This document shows, piece after piece, positions 35,496 through 40,095 of a stretch of 40,095 nucleotides of DNA (within the stretch, counting starts at the first letter, position 1; every line of letters begins with the position of its first letter). This stretch comes from a virus (Duplodnaviria > Caudoviricetes). The position numbers and the translations under genes are program-made. The stretch lies in the IMG/VR virus record IMGVR_UViG_3300049049_000213, positions 1 through 40,095 of that record; one strand, given 5' to 3'. Below the pieces are notes generated by a model that searched no databases, was not told the origin of the DNA, and saw nothing but the letters and a program-made list of their open reading frames with translations.

Positions 35496-36127
35496 GTGAA
35501 GAGCAGAGACGGGAGCTTAACGCTCCTATCCCGGTCAGTGCCGTGACGCAGCGGAAGCAGGCTGGGCAGGTCCTCGACTACGTCGAGGGATGGTGGGTGA
35601 TCGACCGCATCAACGCCATCGTCGGGAACGGCGAGTGGGGCTCTGAGCTGGTCTCGATCGACCACGTCACGACGGTGACGGCGACGCAGGACGGAACGGA
35701 GAAGCACACTGTCACCTATCGTGCGGTGGTGCGGCTGCACGGCCCGTTCGCGACGCAGGTCGGCGTCGGGTTCGCGAGCAACACGAGCCGTTCTCTCGGC
35801 GATGCGCACGAGACCGCAGGCAAGAGCGCAGAGACGGACGCGCTCAAGCGCGCCGCGATGCGTCTCGGGCGTCACCTCGGGTTGGCGCTCTACCAGAAGC
35901 CCGACGAGCAGGGAGCGCGCGACCACGTCGCGAAGACGCACCCCGAGCGCCTCGGCGACTGCTCGAGTGCGAGCGAGCTCCGCTCCTGGCTCGGCCACTT
36001 CGGGCCGAAGCTGCGGGGCGCTCAGAACGGCCAGCGGGAGAAGCTCCTCGCCGCTGTGAACGATGCCGCGCGCAAGTGCGGCATCAGCGAAGAGCAGGCG
36101 ATGGCCTGGTTGGGAGGTGAGTCGTGA
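35486..36127 (+). CDS. sak: Rad52/Sak single-strand annealing protein
   Basis: LDYVEG..VIDR.N...G...W, KSAETDALKRAA..LG...GL.LY. Confidence 0.9.
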   Translation: MPLSEEQRRELNAPIPVSAVTQRKQAGQVLDYVEGWWVIDRINAIVGNGEWGSELVSIDHVTTVTATQDGTEKHTVTYRAVVRLHGPFATQVGVGFASNTSRSLGDAHETAGKSAETDALKRAAMRLGRHLGLALYQKPDEQGARDHVAKTHPERLGDCSSASELRSWLGHFGPKLRGAQNGQREKLLAAVNDAARKCGISEEQAMAWLGGES

Positions 36128-36510
36128 GCGGAGGCAACAAGCCGGCGATCAAGGTCGCGATCAAGTCGCGCAGCGGCGACGGTGGCCGCGTCTCGGTGTG
36201 CGCAGCGTGGCGCGACGATGCGACGGGACGCCTCCGGGCGTCGCTCGACAAGCGCGTCGTGCGCATGGTCCTCGTGCTCGACGACGGCAGCAAGGTCGAC
36301 GTGCAGCGCGGCGCAGACGGCAAGCCGACCCACTTCGTCGACATCTTCGAGAACGAGGAGCGCGGCGCAGCTCCGCAGCGTCAGCAGCAGCGCTCGGCAG
36401 GCGGCTCGTCGCTGGACGACTTGCTCGGTGGCGGCCCTCGGCGCGACCCCGACCCGCATCGAGACGTCGACGTGCTTGGCGATCTTGGCGCTGACGACAT
36501 CCCGTTCTGA
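36124..36510 (+). CDS. SSB-like protein with acidic DDIPF tail
   Basis: C-terminal DDIPF; follows exo-Sak; N-terminal domain is not a canonical SSB. Confidence 0.7.
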   Translation: MSGGNKPAIKVAIKSRSGDGGRVSVCAAWRDDATGRLRASLDKRVVRMVLVLDDGSKVDVQRGADGKPTHFVDIFENEERGAAPQRQQQRSAGGSSLDDLLGGGPRRDPDPHRDVDVLGDLGADDIPF

Positions 36511-36521
36511 TCGAGGCGCAC

Positions 36522-36636
36522 CAGCAGGAACGGTCCTGCTGCTCTGCGCGCCGCGGTCGATCGTGAGACTCGGGGCTCTGCATGGTCCCCGTAACCCGAT
36601 GCAGCGGGACGATCGAACGCGGCGCAGAGGGCAGCA
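36522..36636. ncRNA. Putative structured RNA/ssDNA element
   Basis: About 25-bp interrupted stem enclosing a possible pseudoknot, plus a competing 8-bp hairpin. Confidence 0.45.
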
Positions 36637-36650
36637 CTGAGGAGGGCGAC

Positions 36651-36962
36651 ATGAGCGACGAGACGCAGATGACGAGGGAGGCGGCGCTTGCGCTGCTGGC
36701 CGTCTTCGACCGAGGCGGCGTGCCTGACCCGTACGCGATGCGCGATGCACTGCGGGCCAACCTCGCGAGGGAGGCGGCTGCACGAGACGCGGCGCTGGAT
36801 GCCGCTGCTGCCCAAGCCGAAGAGATCGCGCAGCAGTGGCAAGCCGCCTCCGAGGTGGCTCATGACGACATGCGGCTGCGTGAGCGCTACTCGATGCACG
36901 TCGGCGTCGTTCGCTCGGTCGCCAAGCGCATCCGCGCTCTCAAGTCAGGAGCCGCCCGATGA
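36651..36962 (+). CDS. Hypothetical protein (MSDETQMTRE)
   Basis: SD GAGGAGG. Confidence 0.7.
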   Translation: MSDETQMTREAALALLAVFDRGGVPDPYAMRDALRANLAREAAARDAALDAAAAQAEEIAQQWQAASEVAHDDMRLRERYSMHVGVVRSVAKRIRALKSGAAR

Positions 36963-38071
36963 CCGACGAGACGCTGGCGGCGCTGCGAGCGCTGGACCGC
37001 ATCGCCACGCTGGACGGCTTTGCGCCGATCATCGGCGCGCAAGCCCGCGCCATCCGCGACCACCTACGCTGGCTGACCGAGCGCTACCAGCGCGAACATG
37101 CGGCGCGTGAGGCGGCAGAGCGCGCCGGTGACGCCGTCCTCGAGCGCATCGAGCGGGCTCTCGGCGACGCGTGCACGGGCGACCTCGCCAGCGACGTGGA
37201 GCGGCTGGTGCGCGAGCGCTCCGACCTCGCGCGACAGGCGCAGCTCTTCCGCGGCGCACTGAGCGGCACGATGGACACCGCGGCGCGTGGGCACGACGAG
37301 GCGCGGTACGAGCTGGCCCGCGTACTCAACAGTCCGTGTGAGAGTTGCCGCGCGAATGCCGATGCGCTCATCGAGGCGCAGGCGGAGACCGCCGAGATTC
37401 GCGGCGAGTACATCACAGCGCTGACCGCCCTGGCCGACGTCGCGAAGGCGCTCGGGCTGCCCGACTCGGTGCAGGTCGAGGACGTGGCGCCCGCGGTGCG
37501 GCAGTCGGTCGAGGAGGCCGACGCGGCCCTCGAGCGCGGCGTGCGGCTCGGGTTGGAAGCGGCGGCGCAGCTCTGCGAGCGCGCCCGCTGTCGCACGTGG
37601 GAGGCGCCCGAGTGTGCGCGGCAGATCCGCGAGCATCGCGACACGCAGCCCGCAGCCATCATCGCCGCCGCCCGCGAGCGTGAGTCGGCGCTGCCGAGGA
37701 CGTGTGGCGACTGCGAGCACGGCCGCGGCAAGATGCGCGACGTCATCTGCGAGCGAGACGGCAGGTGCGTGCCGCGTAGTGCGCCGGTGCCGGCGTGGTG
37801 CCCGCTGCGCGCCGAGCAGCCTCGCGAGCCGCGGTCTGTCACGGCTGGAGTGCTGACGCGCGACGAGGTGCGCCGCCTGCTCGACGAGGGCGCCGAGTGC
37901 CGGCGAGAGATCGAGCGGCGGATGCGGCAACCGGGATCGGCGATGGAGTACGAGCCCCCGATGTGCTGCGCCTACGCGGCCACGCCGTGCGTCGGGTGCC
38001 CGCACCGGCCGCAACCTGACGGGCCAGTCACGGCTGGAGTCGCGGTGCATGACGATGACGGGGAGGTCTGA
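36959..38071 (+). CDS. Mosaic coiled-coil / Cys-cluster early protein
   Basis: 370 aa; several CxxC motifs; coupled. Confidence 0.7.
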   Translation: MTDETLAALRALDRIATLDGFAPIIGAQARAIRDHLRWLTERYQREHAAREAAERAGDAVLERIERALGDACTGDLASDVERLVRERSDLARQAQLFRGALSGTMDTAARGHDEARYELARVLNSPCESCRANADALIEAQAETAEIRGEYITALTALADVAKALGLPDSVQVEDVAPAVRQSVEEADAALERGVRLGLEAAAQLCERARCRTWEAPECARQIREHRDTQPAAIIAAARERESALPRTCGDCEHGRGKMRDVICERDGRCVPRSAPVPAWCPLRAEQPREPRSVTAGVLTRDEVRRLLDEGAECRREIERRMRQPGSAMEYEPPMCCAYAATPCVGCPHRPQPDGPVTAGVAVHDDDGEV

Positions 38072-38072
38072 G

Positions 38073-38354
38073 ATGGCGAGAACATGCTACGCGTGCGGCT
38101 GCGCGGGCGGCGTCGGGAATCGCGAGCTGCGGCCCTACGGGCCCGGCGGTCGCGACGTCTGCGCCGGCTGCGTGTTCGGCGAGGACGACGGGCCGGCTGA
38201 CCAGGCGAAGCTGGCGGCGGCTGAGCAGCGGCTCGCGTTGCAGCTCGGCATGGCAGGCGACGTCGCCGTGATCGACGCGCGCGAGCAGGCGGGCCCGCGC
38301 GCTGCGACCGACGAGGAGCGCGCCATCGTGGCCGACCTGCTGGAGAAGCCGTGA
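38073..38354 (+). CDS. Zn-finger-like protein (CxxC...ELRPYGPGG..VCxxC)
   Basis: SD GGAGGT. Confidence 0.7.
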   Translation: MARTCYACGCAGGVGNRELRPYGPGGRDVCAGCVFGEDDGPADQAKLAAAEQRLALQLGMAGDVAVIDAREQAGPRAATDEERAIVADLLEKP

Positions 38355-38427
38355 CCCCGCTGCTCAGCGCGCCGGAGGTGGCGGCGCGACTCGGGTGCTC
38401 GAGACGCAAGGCGCAGGAGGTCATCGC

Positions 38428-38853
38428 GTGCGTGAGCCGGTGAAGCCGCACGAGCTCGGCGAGCTGCTCGACACGAAGCAGGTGGCCGCCGTGCTCCGCA
38501 TGACGACGGCCGGCGTCAGCAAGCTCGTGCAGCGCGGCCGGCTGCTGCCGGCTTCGACGAAGGGCAAGCGGGGGTTGATGCTGTTCCGCCCGCGCGACGT
38601 GGCGCGGTACCTGGGAGGCGAGGACGATGGGCAGGCGACGAGTGCGAGCGAAGATCGAGGGCGTGAAGCAGCTGCCGGACGGCCGCTTCCGCCTTCGCGG
38701 GGAGTACGTCGACCCGAAGACCGGGAGGCGTCGCGAGCTCGATCGCAGGGTGGAAGCGGCGGACAAGATCGAGGCGGCTCAGATCCGTACGAAGCTGCTC
38801 GACGAAGCGGCGGCCGGCCGCGCGCGCCGAAGCGAGCGCGGGAGGTTCGCTGA
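38428..38853 (+). CDS. xis: Excisionase-like winged HTH
   Basis: LLDTKQVAAVL.MT..GV.KLV.RG.L...LFRPRDV.RYL; SD AGGAGGT. Confidence 0.75.
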   Translation: MREPVKPHELGELLDTKQVAAVLRMTTAGVSKLVQRGRLLPASTKGKRGLMLFRPRDVARYLGGEDDGQATSASEDRGREAAAGRPLPPSRGVRRPEDREASRARSQGGSGGQDRGGSDPYEAARRSGGRPRAPKRAREVR

Positions 38854-39856
38854 CGCCATCGACGCATGGCTCGCGACGAAGAAGCTCACCGCGCGGCCGA
38901 GCACGATCGACCGCTACGAGTCAGCCGTCGAGAAGTGGAAGGGCGGTCTCCCCGGGTACTTCCTCGACGCGGTCGAGCCCGACGACGTGCGCCGGGTGCT
39001 CGCTGCGTGGCGCGACCTGGGCCTGGCGACCGAGACGATCAACGGGAGGCTCCGCGTGCTCCGCACGTTCGCGAAGGACACGCGCGTGTCGCACATCGTC
39101 GAGGGTGTGGCCGCGCTGCCGGCGCTGCACGTCGAGACCGAGGCCGACGAGGACGAGGGTAGGGGCCTGACGGCGGACGAGCTTCGCGCGTTGCTCGCCG
39201 CGGGCCCGCGTGCCCCGCTCTCACTGTTCAAGAAGGACAGGACGCCGCGCTTCAAGACGATGCCGAAGTCATGGCCTCGCGCGTGGGCGCTCGTCGCGAC
39301 GCTCGCGTGGACCGGTCTGCGTCCGGCCGAGGCGGCGGCGCTGCGCTGGGACGACGTCGACCTCGAGACGGGCGTGCTGCGGATTCGGCGCGCGCACTGG
39401 CGCGGCATCGTCGGCGGGCCGAAAGCACGCGCGAGCAAGCGCCGCATCGTCATGGCGCCAGACCTCGTGGCGACGCTGCGCGCGCATCGTGAGGCGATGC
39501 TTCGTGGACAGTGGCCCGGGGTCGACAGCGGCCTCGTGTTCCCGTCGCCGCGCTTCGGCAAGCCGAGCAAGAGCAAGCATCTCGCCGGCAAGCCGATCGA
39601 GCTGACGACGAACACCTACGCCACGAAGGCGATGCTCGTCGCGTGCGAGGCCGCGAAGATCGATCTCGGCGAACGCCCGGCGCTCTACTGCCTCCGCCAC
39701 ACGCTCAACAACCTCGTCCGCGAGGTCGCGAAGGAAGAGGTCCGGCGCTCGCTCATGGGCCACGCCGAAGAGGTCGAGACGTACACGCACGTGAGGGAGC
39801 ACGAGCAGCGCGCCGCGATCGGCGCGGTGGTTCGGCTCGTGAAGGGAGGCGAGTGA
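38627..39856 (+). CDS. int: Tyrosine integrase
   Basis: TGLRPAE..AL.WDD, PK, YCLRHT, LMGH...TY.H catalytic motifs. Confidence 0.95.
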   Translation: MGRRRVRAKIEGVKQLPDGRFRLRGEYVDPKTGRRRELDRRVEAADKIEAAQIRTKLLDEAAAGRARRSERGRFADAIDAWLATKKLTARPSTIDRYESAVEKWKGGLPGYFLDAVEPDDVRRVLAAWRDLGLATETINGRLRVLRTFAKDTRVSHIVEGVAALPALHVETEADEDEGRGLTADELRALLAAGPRAPLSLFKKDRTPRFKTMPKSWPRAWALVATLAWTGLRPAEAAALRWDDVDLETGVLRIRRAHWRGIVGGPKARASKRRIVMAPDLVATLRAHREAMLRGQWPGVDSGLVFPSPRFGKPSKSKHLAGKPIELTTNTYATKAMLVACEAAKIDLGERPALYCLRHTLNNLVREVAKEEVRRSLMGHAEEVETYTHVREHEQRAAIGAVVRLVKGGE

Positions 39857-40095
39857 TGGCGAAGCGAGCCGAGCTGCGGGCCGTGTACAGCAAGCGCGAC
39901 CGCGACATCGTCTACCACTTCGACAAGCGCCCTCAGGACGGGCACTTCATCGCGAGCCTGCTCACCGAGGGTGCGCGAGCGACTGTGATGGAGCCCGAGG
40001 AGCACCAGCGCGGCGTCTACCTCTCATGGAGCGAGACGCTGCGCCGACTGCGGGCGACGCTGGAGGTGCGCGGCTACGACCCGGACACGCTCACT
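39856..40095 (+). CDS. 92-aa hypothetical protein spanning the circular junction (stop TAG at 164-166)
   Basis: Hand-translated MAKRAEL...LEVRGYDPDTLTISVRRKKAEPGI; TGATG coupling to int; missed by the ORF track. Confidence 0.7.
   Translation, partial: MAKRAELRAVYSKRDRDIVYHFDKRPQDGHFIASLLTEGARATVMEPEEHQRGVYLSWSETLRRLRATLEVRGYDPDTLT
39969..40095 (+). repeat. Terminal overlap, right copy
   Basis: gggtgcgcga...acgctcact is identical to 1-127. Confidence 0.95.

Larger units (their letters stand above)
1..40095. mobile_element. Complete temperate tailed phage genome, podovirus-like gene order, excised/circular form
   Basis: Terminase-portal-scaffold-capsid-adaptor-nozzle-ejection-lysis module, cI/cro, integrase, intact attP and identical ends; no tape measure or tail tube genes recognised. 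Confidence 0.95.

Noticed and set aside
36565-36610. Twister or hammerhead ribozyme
   Set aside because: GGTCCC...AACCC...GGG is only loosely similar; the conserved UAA/AAGC (twister) and CUGANGA/GAAA (hammerhead) cores are absent.
39969-40095. Biological direct terminal repeat
   Set aside because: It is exactly 127 bp (a typical assembler k-mer) and falls mid-gene, so it is a circular assembly overlap.
1-40095. DGR, retron, intron, toxin-antitoxin, methyltransferase or Cas system
   Set aside because: No reverse transcriptase, TR/VR pair, split gene or matching motifs seen by eye; the HNH and GIY-YIG genes appear free-standing.

Overview
The window is an apparently complete, circularly assembled genome (39,968 bp unique plus a 127-bp end overlap) of a temperate, very GC-rich (roughly 70%+ by eye) podovirus-like phage in its excised form. 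The intact attP carries the 3' half of tRNA-Gly(GCC) (202-245), flanked by four CCGGGGATC arm-type repeats, just downstream of xis-int. A cro/cI switch with GTAC-N8-GTAC operators (32.3 and 33.2 kb) separates two arms. The rightward early arm encodes a YqaJ exonuclease, Rad52/Sak, an SSB-like protein, Xis and a tyrosine integrase. The ~30-kb leftward arm encodes NDT-like, RHH, HNH and T5orf172 proteins, a replication initiator with an internal iteron origin, RusA, TerS/TerL, portal, scaffold, capsid, adaptor, nozzle, three ejection-type proteins, an Ig/lectin fibre and a dispersed lysis cassette. Lipobox proteins and podoviral architecture suggest a Gram-negative host, possibly Myxococcota (inference). 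I found no RT, Cas, CRISPR array or recognisable defence operon. The best unexplained signals are a recurring gene-junction octamer (AGCCGTGA), structured non-coding elements after ssb and before the capsid gene, two antisense genes ending in CTAG stop overlaps, and an HExxH lipoprotein between terS and terL. All protein calls come from motif recognition by eye, not from database searches.
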